The notes under the pieces were generated by a model, which did no database searches, had not been told where the DNA came from, and saw only the letters and a program-made list of their open reading frames with translations. Positions 1 to 14,642 of a DNA stretch of 64,000 bases are shown here, in pieces. The position numbers and the translations under genes were made by a program. Every line of letters starts with the position of its first letter. Position 1 is the first letter of the stretch. The DNA is from Octopus vulgaris. Its lineage: Eukaryota. Where the stretch lies: the NCBI GenBank assembly GCA_951406725.2, contig OX597814.1:210366001-210430000 (forward strand), written 5' to 3'.

Positions 1-16
1 TTGTCTTCCACTTCAG

Positions 17-81
17 ATGTTAAAAGTGTTACCTGAATGCTTGGCGTGTACATCAACCGGTATTTTCAACGAAAATTTCAG
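17..81 (+). other. Candidate 65-nt host exon (MLKVLPECLACTSTGIFNENF-R in the only open frame)
   Basis: Preceded by the pyrimidine-rich acceptor ttgtcttccacttcAG and followed by the consensus donor CAG|GTAAGT; the other two frames contain stops. No homology recognised. Confidence 0.4.
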
Positions 82-335
82 GTAAGTTAGCAAATGTTGC
101 TTCGATCCTCATTTGCGATATTTTCTTTTGCATTGTAGTCAATGTGTTGTACTGATCACAACTTCCATGATAATTCCCATATGTGTTATTCTAAAAAGCG
201 TAAGACTTACACACTAATGTTTTAAGTAATCTACCTGATTCATTTCTATGACATTGACACTAGCTAATACGCTGTTAGTTGTCGAATACATACCCACATC
301 ATACCCACCACAGTGTATAGATATGCATATATATA

Positions 336-545
336 TATTCTTTTATTCTTTTATTCCTTCATTTGTGTCAGTGATTTGACTGCGGCCATGCCGGAGCACC
401 GCCTTTACTAGAGAAAATCGACCGTAGGAATTGTCAGCCTAGTACTTGTTCTATCGTTATTTCTTGCCGAATCGCTAAGTGACGGGGACATAAACACTCC
501 AGCATCAGTTGTCAATCCATGTTGTAGGGACAAACACAGATACAC
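336..545 (-). mobile_element. SINE family A, 3' half, diverged
   Basis: Matches the 3' half of the copies at 27424 and 55573 (tttgactgcggccatg.cggagcaccgcc...gctaagtgacggggac.taaacac) and runs into a CA/TA tract. Confidence 0.85.
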
Positions 546-622
546 ACACATATACATACACACACACAAACACACACACACACACACATATATATATACA
601 TATATTTATATATATACATAGG

Positions 623-686
<64 letters not shown>

Positions 687-762
687 TGTACATATATATA
701 CATATCTACATACACATGTATACATATATGTATATATACATACATATGTGTATATATATATA
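541..762. repeat. Compound (CA)n/(TA)n microsatellite
   Basis: Directly visible. Confidence 0.95.
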
Positions 763-1866
763 TCCTGTCATAAATGACAGGTGAAATAGTTTGATGAAAT
801 TTTATTTAGCTATAATAATATCTAACATCACAAAAACTGTTTCGTAACTTAAAAACATGCATTTTATATTATATTTCATGATTAAAAAATTACTTATGTA
901 TGCGTATATATATGTGTGTGTGAGTATGTGTGTGTGTTTGCGTGTGTGTATGCTTGTGAGGGGTGGGGGTGCTTGTCTACAGACTTTTGTATCTAAGTTG
1001 CATTTATACATTCCTTTATGATTGAAACAGCGGCTGAAAATTGAACAGTCCATCTGACAAATGTTTGCGTCTCACTACTGAACGATATTAGCAGTGTGTG
1101 TTTGGTTTGTAAGTGTTCTTGGATAGTGGTCCTAGCAGTAGCAAAGCAGCTATAGATATGTCATTTGTACCCTATTGTATCTTTCTCCAGATTTGTTAAG
1201 CAGTTTATAACGTATTAAGCACCCTGATTCAAAATGTTACAAAATTGTGCAATAAAAGCCTTTTTGGATGTTCTATTGCTACACAGGAAATGCTTAGAAT
1301 ATTTATAGTCGCTAACAATAAGAGTATGTTATTTAACGGCGCCACGAAAATGAGCTTTCGAATACATAGTAATTTCAGAAACAGATGAAATATATAGTGA
1401 AGTGTTTACTAATACGTTCCGCTACATGAGTGCAGCTTCATCAAAAGACAAAACCTATTTGTAATACGCACACACATACGTACATGCATACAGATATACA
1501 TACATACATACATATGTGTGTATATAAAATCTCTTTTAGATATATCCAGTGATTTTGCTTCTTTTATCTATTTCTTAAGAACTTTTAAGACGGTCTTTCT
1601 TGTCAGGCTTAACTTATGATCAAAGTGAAATAATAAACTATTATTTCATTGATTTTTCATCCATATATTCTCACTAAGGAGTACGTGATCAAGCAAAATG
1701 AGAGTTTAAATTTGCTTAGTAAACAGATGCTGACTTGCCGGACGATGTATTGATTATTCGTCTCACACCATTACCCATTACTTCTCTCTTTTATATTGGT
1801 AGATGCCAACTATATAAAACTCTTAAACTATCAAAAGTGAATAGCTACTATTGATTGAATAAGGGC

Positions 1867-1871
<5 letters not shown>

Positions 1872-1950
<79 letters not shown>
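1872..1950. repeat. (TA)n microsatellite
   Basis: Directly visible, pure tract. Confidence 0.97.
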
Positions 1951-1953
<3 letters not shown>

Positions 1954-3149
1954 GAAATACACAGAGAAAAGGAATGCTCTAATAAGCACAGCGTACAGAC
2001 CTTAAACTAAAACGGCTTACAAGTTGAGATTTATTTCTATGGTTTCATTGATCTCCTATAACTCTTTAATTGTTTAAATTACAGTGCCTCAAAATAATTA
2101 TATCGCAAAATAATTTTATATTTAACAGTGTTAGAATTTAAGATGAAAAATAACTGTGACACTAATATATTTGAATGTTTTAATAAAAAGGAAATCTTGT
2201 CATGTTGCAAAGCAATGAATGATAAGTGTATGACTTCTTGACTGTAGTTTACCTCTAAAAAAAATGTTTTTCATAACGTATATACTATGTTTGTTCATGT
2301 CTATGAGTGAATATATGAATATTTGTGTTTTTCCAATACATACTTGTAAAAATATTGAAGTTTTTAAATGTATACATTTTATAAGAACAGAATCACAAGA
2401 TATACATTGTTTAGACAATATATGAATGCTAACAGCCAAGTATTTGTATTTTCCTTGCATAAAATATTAAATGGAATACTTTAACTGACTTCTATTTTTT
2501 GGGGAAAAGGATGCCGCTATGGTTTCATGAAATACTGTTTAATCGCTCACTGCCTTAAGATATAAAACCTACATTCATGTACAAAGCTAATCAATAGAAG
2601 AACACAACAATGTTAGTAGATATATTATCAATAATACATAAAATTACATCTGTCCTTGTTACAGATAAAACATCATATGATAAGATAAAAATATCAAAGT
2701 AAACTTAATATTTATTTTACTTCTCCGAATACTTTATTTGGATCGGAAAATTTGAGTTGATGAAAGCTATATAAATGTTACTGACAGATCTAGTAACATG
2801 TAGTGGGATGTATATATAAAACACAAGTTAAATATGATGCTAAATAATTTAATAGATATTTAAAGTATGCTAGCTATATTTATCAACGTTTTACCGTTAT
2901 ATACCCCCCCAAAAATTGAGGTAATAGACATACACTGAAGATTATACCAGCTGTTATGATAGCGGTAGTACATTTAGTACAGTCCGTGTACATTTTAAAT
3001 TCAGAGTAGATTATAGACAATGGACTTATTTGTATTTGCTGAATATTGTCAAACTTCCATAGCTTATATCTTTCTCGTGTATTTGAACATGCGCAAAAGT
3101 ACTTATAGAACATCTCCCTATTTCCTATATACACATACACACACACACG

Positions 3150-3207
<58 letters not shown>

Positions 3208-3239
3208 CGTATATACACACATACATATGCATATATGTA

Positions 3240-3622
3240 GGCGCAGCCATAGTTGTGTGATAAGTATCTTGCTTACCATCCACCTGCTTCAGGGTTCACA
3301 CCCACAGCGTGGCACTTTGGGAAAGTGTCTTCTACTATGACATCAGACCAACCAAACCTTTGTGAGTGGATTTGGTAGACGGAAACTGAATGAATCCCGA
3401 TGCATATAATACATGTATATGTCTGTTTTCATCTCCCCACCATCGCTTGACAACAAATGCTGGTGCGTTTACGTCCCAGTAATTTAGCAGTTCGGCAAAA
3501 GAGACGCATATGATAAGAACTAGGCTTACAAAGAATAAGTCCTGGGATCGATTTGTTCGACTAAGTGCGGTGCTCCAACATGGCCGCAGTCAAATGACTG
3601 AAACAAATAAAATAATAAAATA
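3240..3622 (+). mobile_element. SINE family A, full length, diverged (tRNA-derived head)
   Basis: Colinear with 27424-27832: head with B-box-like gggttcaca, central ttgtgagtggatttggtagacggaaactgaa, and tail tggccgcagtcaaatgactgaaacaa. Confidence 0.9.
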
Positions 3623-3635
3623 ATTTATTATTATT

Positions 3636-3790
3636 CTCTCTCTGTTTATTTCTTTGTATTCCTTTTTGCTAAAAAGCGTAGTCTCGAAACGTAAAAGACT
3701 TTCTCATCTTCCCGAGAGTCAAACTAATACACCTGCTTGTTGTTTGGACACCTGTCTTCGTCTCTTGTTTTTCTGTAAATTTCAACTATG
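3636..3790 (+). mobile_element. Short interspersed repeat, probably a PLE-derived 3' terminus
   Basis: Reverse complement of 62276-62440 (agcgtag.ctcgaaacgtaaaa ... ctaatac ... cacctgtcttcgtct); related copy at 45125-45245; ends at a microsatellite. Confidence 0.6.
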
Positions 3791-4170
3791 TGTGTATGTA
3801 TGTATGTATGTATGTATGTATGCATGTATGTATGTATGAATGTATGTATGTATGTATGTATGCATGTATGTATGTATGTATGTATGTATGTGTGTGTGTG
3901 TGTGTGTATGTATGTATGAATGTATGTATGTATGAATGTATGTATGTATGTATGTATGTATGCATGTATGTATGTATGTATGTATGCATGTATGTATGTA
4001 TGTATGTATGTATGTGTGTGTGTGTGTATGTATGTATGTATGAATGTATGTATGTATGAATGTATGTATGTATGTATGTATGAATGTATGTATGTACGTA
4101 TGCATGTATATATGTATATATATGAATCTATATGTATACACATATACATACATAAATATACGTGCCCACT

Positions 4171-4197
<27 letters not shown>
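3787..4197. repeat. (TGTA)n compound microsatellite plus (TA)n
   Basis: Directly visible. Confidence 0.95.
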
Positions 4198-4202
<5 letters not shown>

Positions 4203-4919
4203 GGTGGCGGTCCTTCGTGTGCAGAGATCATGAAAAAGAAAGAGAACGCCTATATGTGGAGTTGAGTAACCACTTCCAGTGCCAATATTATCTTTCGTTT
4301 TCATCACTTTTCTGTCATTGTAGGGAAGGCTCTTGAATCGTATATGAGCAAAGATAATATCAAATAAATTCGTTAAGTACTAAATCTTGCGTTGCTTTCA
4401 TGCCTGTACTATCATAATAAAGCATATGATATGTGTATACATAAACAAGGTCAGCGTATCTCAGTGATGGGTTTTCAGTGTTCATAGATAAATATTTTTA
4501 AAAGGAATAAAAGAAAGCAAAATTCATGCGACTATCTGTTAGAATATGGCGAATGTATTACGTAGGAAACAAAACAAGTATTTTATCCTGATGATTGTTG
4601 GGAATTTATCAAGAAATATAGGTGACATTTGTAAGAATTCAGCAATTATATTATGTTATTGAAACTTCTTGAATATTCGATGGGATTTTATAGTTCTCTG
4701 CGAGATACGAGTCATACATTCTGCAACTTTTGGTACATGTCGTGTCAGGTTCATTATCTTAGAGTGAATCAAGATTAGGGCATTATCCTCTTCGAAATTC
4801 AGATAAATTTCGATTGTCACTAGTAAGACATCATTGCTGAATACATGTATTACGTCTTTATATTTTTAAATAAGATAGTATTGTTGTAACAGTTAATTAT
4901 TTCCTTGTGATAAGACAAA

Positions 4920-5083
<164 letters not shown>

Positions 5084-5095
5084 AAAGTATATATG

Positions 5096-6439
5096 CAGGT
5101 ATTGCACAAAATTATGGAAACACCAAACATCATAGCATCATCATTTTGAAATATCTATAAAACATTCAAAAGCTTGTTTATTTTTATGTTTTTTGATTTA
5201 TTATTAGTGTTGCTTAATATGTTTTGCGAAAATTGATGTTTCTTTTCAGATAACATTAGAAAAAATTAACTAAAATTCATTAAAACCGCAGATCTACCGG
5301 ACTTTCCAAGAGGTCAAATTATTGGTGCTGTTATGGCTGGCGTTAGTGTAACGAAAACAGCTCAAAATGTTTGGTGTATCAAGAAGTACTGTCTCGAAAG
5401 TAATTACAGTCTTTGAGAGAGAGAGAGAGAGAGAGACAGAGAGAGAGAGAGACAGAGAGAGAGAGAGACAGAGAGAGAGAGACACAGAGAGTGAGAGCGA
5501 GAGGGAGAGACAGAGACAGAGAGAGGGAGAGAGGGTAAAACTCTGGAAGAAAACCCGAACTTTCAGATTGAGACCGTCGGAGTCTTATGCGAATTGTTAG
5601 AAAAGAACAAAAGTACCGCTCCCAAAATTACTGCAGAGCTTAATGACCACCCCGAGAACCCAGTTTCCACAAAAACTAGTCGCCGAGATCTACACAAAGC
5701 CGTATTTCACGGGAAAGCTGCTATCAGAAAAACCACTACATTCAAAAACAAACGTTACAAAGCGTTTATATTGGAGTAAAAATCTACAGAATCGGTTCCT
5801 AGAGCAGTGCAAAAATTATATTTCCTCGGACAATTCATCCTTTACCGGACGAGTATACGTGTGGAGATGGCCAAAAGATGCATTTGACCCAGACTGCCTT
5901 CTTCCAACTGTTAAACATGGAAGAGGATCTGTGATGATCTGGGGGGCGTATAGCTTGGGGATCCGTCGCCCCAACGGTTCCCTTCATGGCAGAATTCATA
6001 GTCAAGACTATTTAAGCATTTTATCAGATCAAGTTCATCCTATGGTTGCGGAACTGATTCTGGAGGGAAACGCAGTCTGTCCGGATGATAATGCACCGAT
6101 TTACACAGCTAAATTTGTTACTAATGCCACGCGGAACATTCTAGTGAAGTTGGTCCTCTTATCTGGCCACAACAGTCCCCAGATCTCAATGCTATTGAAC
6201 AGTTACGGTGCATTTTAGAAAAGCAAATAAGAGGTTAATATCCTCCATTATCATCACTACAAGAATTGGAGACTGCTTTAGCTGACGAATGGACATATAT
6301 TCCTTTGGAAATAATTCAAACTTTGTACGAGACCATACCTCGTAAATTTCAAGCAGTAATTACTATCAAAGGCGGTCCTTATACCGTAAATATGAATTTG
6401 TTTGAAATTTTAAGGTGCTTCCAAAATTTTATCCAACCC

Positions 6440-6442
<3 letters not shown>
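5096..6442 (+). mobile_element. Tc1-family DNA transposon, full length, transposase pseudogene
   Basis: Imperfect ~29-bp TIRs (caggtattgcacaaaattatggaaacacc / ggtgcttccaaaattttatccaacccctg) in TA context. Frameshifted transposase motifs: FGVSRSTVSKV (HTH), GRKP, SSDNSSF (=SDES), PTVKHGRGSVMIWG, DDNAPIY, WPQQSPDLNAIE. A (GA)n expansion at 5416-5532 interrupts it. Confidence 0.93.
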
Positions 6443-6496
<54 letters not shown>

Positions 6497-8365
6497 CATA
6501 CAAAAACACACACACATGTATATATATATAATATATAATAATAGTAGGGTATAGTATATTTAAGTTTTTTCCATATGGTGTAGATAATGTCTTTCACTAT
6601 TGAATTACTTAATAAAGGTTATTTCTCTTAATTATATGAATATATATATATATATATCCTTTTATTCTCTTGCTGCAGATATTTGATTGCAGCCGTAAAT
6701 GTGTACGTATGTAATATTCCTCAGCATTATGGAATATACATATATCAAGGGAACTGGCCATTATTAAGGTGCTGCAGCAAAGCAGTTCAGTTTCTTGGGT
6801 ATTGATGTATGTGACATTAATTTAGAGTTTTAATTACAGATTTAAATATAAATAATGTATACAATTTAGGAAATGAGATTTTAATTACAAGCTTATGTAA
6901 AGTGAGAAATATTGTGCGTGCAAATTAATAGAAACATGAAAGAAATAAAATAATTTATCATGTCAATTAGATCGTGAAAGAGAAAAGATTATATAGAATA
7001 ACCTTTCACAACGTATTGGTATCAATAATATTATTATATTCTTACTGTCTCTGTATTATATTCATGCTGAGTTTTGATAATCAAATGACAATAGCAGGCA
7101 CGTTGTGGTCAAAACTAAATGTAGACGTATCGAAATTGCCATAATGCATGAATAGTACGATAATATAAGTCTATATGTGATTATATGCACATGTACACGT
7201 GTATAGATGCACCTACGCACTCGCGCACAGGCAATGCACATGCACACACACACACTCACTCAAACACACATACATACGTATACATGCACACACACACACT
7301 CACACACACTCACTCATACATACACACATATATATATATGTGTGTATGTATAGTCATGTGTACATATGTTTGTATATATGCTGCAAAACAATGCGTTTCA
7401 AGTATGTACGGTGTGTCGAAAGGAAGATCATACATACGTATGACAATTATAAAAATTAGAATAAAAGAATGGCCAAAGATTACCTTGTGATTGCTTTAAA
7501 TAATGTTGAGCTACGAAAAGGCAATAAAACTGCTGGCAAAATGCAAAGGAAAACCATGAAGAAGACAACATATAAAAATTATGTGTGTGTGAGCCTGTCT
7601 GTCTGCATCTATCTTACTTTACCTCTCTCTTTCAGTATATATAAATAGCTGTAATATGTTGAACCGAACATAGTAGGTATTTTCTAACCTCCCAGTGATT
7701 CAATGCTGAAGCTGACAGCAGGATTTGACATCACTCATTAGTCACTGAAAATAATTACTGCTTCACATCTTACCATTTGTGCAATTCTTGAGACCTGATC
7801 ATATTATTACAACAAATTGTATTAAAATGATTGTCAAAATTTTCAAATGTTAAAAGAAGAGCAGTAATCTTTGGGACTGTGGGCTAGTTACGTATTTTTA
7901 TATCTATAATTTAAGTATATTTACGAAATTACTTTTAATTACATCTAGACAAAATTTCATACTATATATTTGAAGGAATTGATAAAATTAGGAGACTAGT
8001 TATCACGAAATCGTGTTCATGCAACACCTTTCAAAAAGCAATTCAATTCTATACACGTCTCTCCAGCACAGCTTAGCAAGTGGGCTTTCTATTTAAATTT
8101 AGTAACACTATATGTATAATGTTTACGTCATCAGAATGAGAAATATAAAGAAATATAAAATATATCGATTTAAATTGAGGAACTAAAGGAAGATAGAGCT
8201 ATAATTAATAGCATTTGATATATTAGGTGAAGATCAGCCATTGACATTTTCCATCTAAAAGCTTCGCAGCCCAATATTTCGAACAATAATATTTTTTGGC
8301 TTTATCCACTTCGAGTCCCACCGTTAAAAACTATTTACGTAAGTATAAAAGACAATCAGTTACAG

Positions 8366-8398
<33 letters not shown>

Positions 8399-8739
8399 TT
8401 TATTCTATATTAATATACATAATTAGAGGTTAGCTACTTCCTACACCACATACCAAATTTAGAAGTAGGAGTTAAAAATTACTTTTCTACTGCTGTGAGA
8501 ATCTCTACGACAGTAACACACTTTTCTACGTAGGCAAAGAGAAAAACAATGAGTCAACACGACCCCGATTCGTGTATGTATGCAAATAAATATATATATA
8601 TATATATACACACACGCATAGAGTATGCACTCATAAATGTATATATCCACGTATGTCAGGGGGTGTATGTTTCTGCAAATAGACATATGCATGCGTTTTT
8701 GATTCTGTGGAAATACGTAAAATTGTTCGTACAAAAACA

Positions 8740-8803
<64 letters not shown>

Positions 8804-8814
8804 TGATTCAATTT

Positions 8815-9080
8815 CATTGGTATTGCGTGTTTCAAACGTGAAGAGGAGGAGATCTAAACTTTTTTAAAGCCACCTACATCCACACCATGAAGATCACTCA
8901 GGCTTTCTGGTAGTATGTTGAAGAGCTATGTGCCCTTCAAACCGTACCAGTGCAGTATTTTGTCGTGTATCATGTTGAGATTGGTAGCAGTATGCAATGG
9001 TGACTCTGTGTTGCAAGTGTAAAGGTTCAAAGCCAAGTTTTGGTACAAAGTTTGGAGAAATTTCGAAATGAATCTCACTG
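8815..9080 (-). mobile_element. CR1-like LINE 3' remnant
   Basis: Minus-strand translation gives LFNILPESLSDLHGVDVGGFKK, like the C-terminus of CR1-group ORF2; stops and frameshifts present. Confidence 0.55.
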
Positions 9081-9599
9081 CATAACTTGCTTGAATCTAG
9101 AAAGTAGACGCTTCACTCTTGCAGTGCCTCCTCTGATCACACTCCAAAGAGTAACAACGCTAATACATACGTACATAGATGCACACATGAATACACACAG
9201 GCAAACCAACGCACACGCAGACACACACGCACACACACACACACACACACACATACCAATGAAATTTTTCTTTGTCTTTCAAAATTAATGGCGAATCGAA
9301 CAGCATGAATCCTATGGCAAAAGAAATCCAATGCAATTTCCACGAATAAGTTCTTTGTTTATCTGTTGCTTGTTAAATATAACTTCTACGGTGTATATAT
9401 ATATATTTAGGAAAACTTTTTGAAAACCAAATATTAAAAAAAATATCATAACAAGGTAAGACAAATATAAAATTGAAAGATACGTTCTGAACATATTCAT
9501 GTATTTAATAATATAAACACACGCATACAATGACATACCCACTCACACAGACACAGACACATATGTATTTACATATAGATATATGTATGCATATGTATC

Positions 9600-10207
<608 letters not shown>

Positions 10208-12650
10208 CACGTGTGAGCGTGCGTTTGTGTGTGTATGTATCCAAGTATGTATGTGTGCATGTTATTATGAAAAAAACAGTCAGTGCTGGAGTAAACAGTT
10301 TTGCTGAATCACAAATAAAGAGGATTAGAAAACATAGAAAATTGTAAATATATGATTAAATTATGACAGTTGGATTATTATCTGGCATTACTATATCTTT
10401 GTTTACTAATGATGACAACGGCACATGCAGAAATATATCTGTGATAATGTGAATATTAATAGAATCAACTGTGGAAAGGATTCATTTTTTTTCAGGAATT
10501 TTACACCATGTTTATTTTATCACTATTGGTACTTCTACTTTCTTTGTATTAGTTTTAAGGAATTTACTTCTGTTATTCTTTTGATAATTTTTGGCCTAGA
10601 GATGAATATATGAGAAAAAAAGAAATCAAATGTCTTGTTGATTTCTTGACTTGAAATAATTATACACAACCAACCTTCGTAAAATAAGTTATCTGACAAT
10701 GCAAAAAATTATTTGTGTTGAGGAACTATTCCCAGTGATCTAGCAATATCATGGGAAATCATTTTTCTCGGTTTGGTGGTGGAAGATCAGCTGCGATAAA
10801 AGCTTCTGATATAGGCCAAATATCATAAATAATGAGGAATATTATAGTCAAGTATATCTACACCAGTACCGTCCTAGTACTTCATTTTGTGGAACTTAGG
10901 ACGTTATAATTCAGAATTTAAGTTATGCAATAGACTACAGTTTTGTGGGAAGGGCATTATTTGATTAAATATTCCTTAGTACTTTACCGGCACTTTACTT
11001 CACCCATCTTAAGTTACTGGAATGTAACGGTAACCTTAACGTTGGTAAAGCGCAAAACATGAAGGGGTTGCAAAATCCCACAAGGAATACTTTCATCGCT
11101 ATATTCATTTTTTCCTATCCATCATACACACTTTCACTAATAAGCCTTACCTGCTTTAAATTAAAAACTATGTTTACTTCAATATGTAAGATTGTACGTA
11201 TATATACTATCTATATTTATTAAGAATATAATCGTGCAATTTATTTGAAATGTGTATATTATACACACGTATATGGATGAATATATGTATTTATATACAT
11301 ACACGTGTATTAGTACCGTAACTAGGGGGGAAAAGAGTCGTGTACATGACACTTTTTGGAGTATCAGAGATTTACTAACGCAAGATGTGAAATTAACTTC
11401 TGGCTGAAGACATTAATAGAATGTTTAAAAATCTCACTGATATATTGCGGTTCGAAACAAGCGGAACATTCCCTTGTCCACTCTACAACCAGAACGATCA
11501 TTCTGATGGGCTTCTACCTGATTTCTTGCGACTAAATTTCAAAGCTGTTTTCTCAACCCGAATAGAATTTTTGTTTAACACAACAATATAATGTTTCCAG
11601 TCATTGAAATATACCCTAATGATCGAATATTTTGTTGAATTTAATTAATTGCTTCGTTATTACACATACATGTTTACATGAACTTCGAAAGAACTAAATT
11701 TATCTCTACCATAACATCGGGCATTTATATCTAAGTTAACATCAACAAACAATCCTTAAGAAACGTATTTCTCAGAAAAAGACGATTTACAAATCGGGCT
11801 GCAATTTTTGTAATTTCTTCGGAAGCTAATCTCCGATGTTAAAGAACAAATATTTATTTAACATTTTGAAGTGCTAGAAATATTAGTTTAGGGGTTAAAT
11901 CTCTTGATACTGTGCTCGTTATCCACTATATGTAGGGATGTAGAATTTTTGGTAATTTGTACAATAAATATTATCAGAGAAAAAGATGAAAAAATATATT
12001 TCTAAAAACTTGTTTATTTAAATGCATACATGCTCACTCCCATATATACACATACCTACGCAGTCATTCACATAAATATTTGATGGTGTAATATATTTAT
12101 TTCCTTGTATTTTATTTCAATTTTTGCTGGGTAGGCTGATTTTAATTTATTCTCAGGAGACTTGTAGCATTTTTTCCGTTGTGGAAACGAATTAATCTGC
12201 CAGATATCGGATCTATTTATTGAATATTGGATTATCTATGTAATAAATAACCGAGAACTTAATTAATGAACAATCCATTTACTGAATATATCAACAGGAG
12301 ATATCAATACCACTAATGTTATTATGAACAAACATTTCTATTTTCAAAGTTATTTTCCTTTATCCTCTTTCTAACATCTATATGTGAGCATCGGGAAATT
12401 AATTATGCTAGTAGATTGGCACAACCATTAGAGCGTAGGATTTAATTGTTTACATTCTTTAGTTAAGGCCCTTTACTTTCTGTGTTCAAATGACGTCGAG
12501 GTCATTCTTTTCGTCCATCTCACAAATGTAGAAGAATACAAAAGTAATTCAAGTACTTGAGTAATATAATCAAATTCGTCCAACTAAATACAACTCGTAT
12601 AACTTAGTACCTATAACTGTATCAATAACGAATACAGACTGACAGTATCA

Positions 12651-12882
12651 GGCGGCGAGCTGGTAGAAGCGTTAGCACGGTGGGCGAAATGCATAGCGGT
12701 ATTTCGTCTGCGTTACGTTGTGAGTTCAAATTCCGCTGAGGTCGACTTTGCCTTTCATCCTTTCGGGGTCGATAAATTAAGTACCAGTTACGCACTGGGG
12801 TCGATGTAATCGACTTAATACCTACGTTTGTCCTTGTTTGTCTCCTCTGTGTTTAGCCCCTTGTGGGTAATAAAGAAATAAG
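12651..12882 (+). mobile_element. SINE family B (tRNA-derived), full length
   Basis: ggcggcgagctgg...gagttcaaattcc (B-box)...gaggtcgactttgcctttcatcc; reverse complement of 43572-43805; possible TSD agtatc at 12644 and 12881. Confidence 0.9.
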
Positions 12883-14642
12883 TATCTGTAGAGAGAAGAA
12901 CACACTGCATTGTATTACTGAGTTAACCTACATTTCATATTTGTCTTTAAATACTAGGGAAGTCTAAGTTAATCTTGCATAATTTTGGGTGTGATAAAGT
13001 TATGCTTGATGACAATTGCATTTTAGATGAATTAATATAAAAAAAATAGAGACATACAAAGCTCTCGTGATGATGCTCAGCAAAATATTTGAAACAGAGG
13101 CCAGTAACAGTATCTCTAGTCGGAAATTCGTTTCCGTTTACATAGACTTCTAGCCAACATCGATAGTAACTTGCTAGCCAACATCAATTGACTTGCTAGT
13201 GAAGAAACCACATACTTCATGCTTGTACTAGATACAAGTCTCTTAAACGATATCTAACCTTTTGCCTGTCTTCATTCTATATACTAGTGTCTAACAAACA
13301 AGCATTACTTCCAATTATGCGTGCCCATCTTGTTCATGTGGATTTCGGTAGTGACACCTTTTCCGTACACTGTATTAAATTTTAGTTTTCACAATCCTGG
13401 ATGTTTGATGTTGCTCTCATCAGAACATCTTAACGTGTTTAAATGCTTCTTATTCCAATTAAACTCTCAGATGTGTTTGCGTTCATTATATTAATCAGTG
13501 ACATCGAGGTCGGACTCCAATTATACCGAGACTGCTTTCGTCAACTAGCTCGCCATCTGGACCTGTGTGCATCATTTAATATCCACCCATACACAAGAGA
13601 AAGATTTTGACGTATTTATCACTTTGAAATAAGAACTTTATTAACCAGACAGTCACAAACTCTGTCCATATCATCTATCCATCCTTAATCTCTGACCAAT
13701 CCAAGTGACACCGCATAGATAAATATATTTTGTAGCTATAAAATTTCTACACATATAACCACATAGAAACCACTCTCATCACTAAGTTTTGTACATTAGA
13801 ATGCTTCACATTACTATGTATAAATGTATAAACTTCTGGTATATTCCGCTAATTTAAACTACTTTAAAATTTTATAGACCACAGGATGTATAGAGATCAT
13901 TTCCGAATTAACTTGCATTACTTTCATAAACTTCAGATATTTGCGACTGTAATTATTACAAATTGAGCTTATGATGACACACGAAAACGGCTATTATACT
14001 TACGAATGAGAAATACTTAGAAAGAAACTCATATCAATAAATAAACAATACACAAGCGAAATACGTTTTGGAAAAGAGATACATCTAACAAAATATAATT
14101 CACTTTGCTGCGGGAGCATGTTTATATGAGAGACATAACTGCAATCAAAAGGTTACGATTCTTGTTCGAGCTACAGCAACACAGAAACACTGCAAAGATT
14201 GACACCAGGCAAGTGTAAGTCTCAAAAGCATTACTCACATATGTGAATCAGTTGATGTGTAAGTGCATATAGTTAATGTGTAAACGCTCCAACCTTAAAT
14301 GTTCAAAACAACCAATCCTTAGATACTTCATAATTGTTTCTGCTCTTGGCCATCCAAACTGCCAGACTAGGCAATTCTCAATAAAGAAACATTAATATTT
14401 TTTATTCATATTCTGAACTGTGTTTTACCTACGAAACGCTGTTGACATTTTCTAAACATTTATACTAATCTGAGTTCCAGTGCTGTAATTATTAATATCC
14501 ATCTTGTCTTACAGCCGTTGGCTTTCTTGAATTCAAGCTGAAAATCACCCGTATAGTTCTCTAGCATGAAATGCAGAACAAATCATATGGACACTGCTCG
14601 TATTATTTATCAAACTAATTACAAAAATATTAACATCTTCAA

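Noticed and set aside
13385-13425. Minus-strand CTGATGA...GAAA
   Set aside because: Stems do not pair; similar isolated CTGANGA hits at 8128, 15572, 31735, 38241 and 62147 were rejected for the same reason
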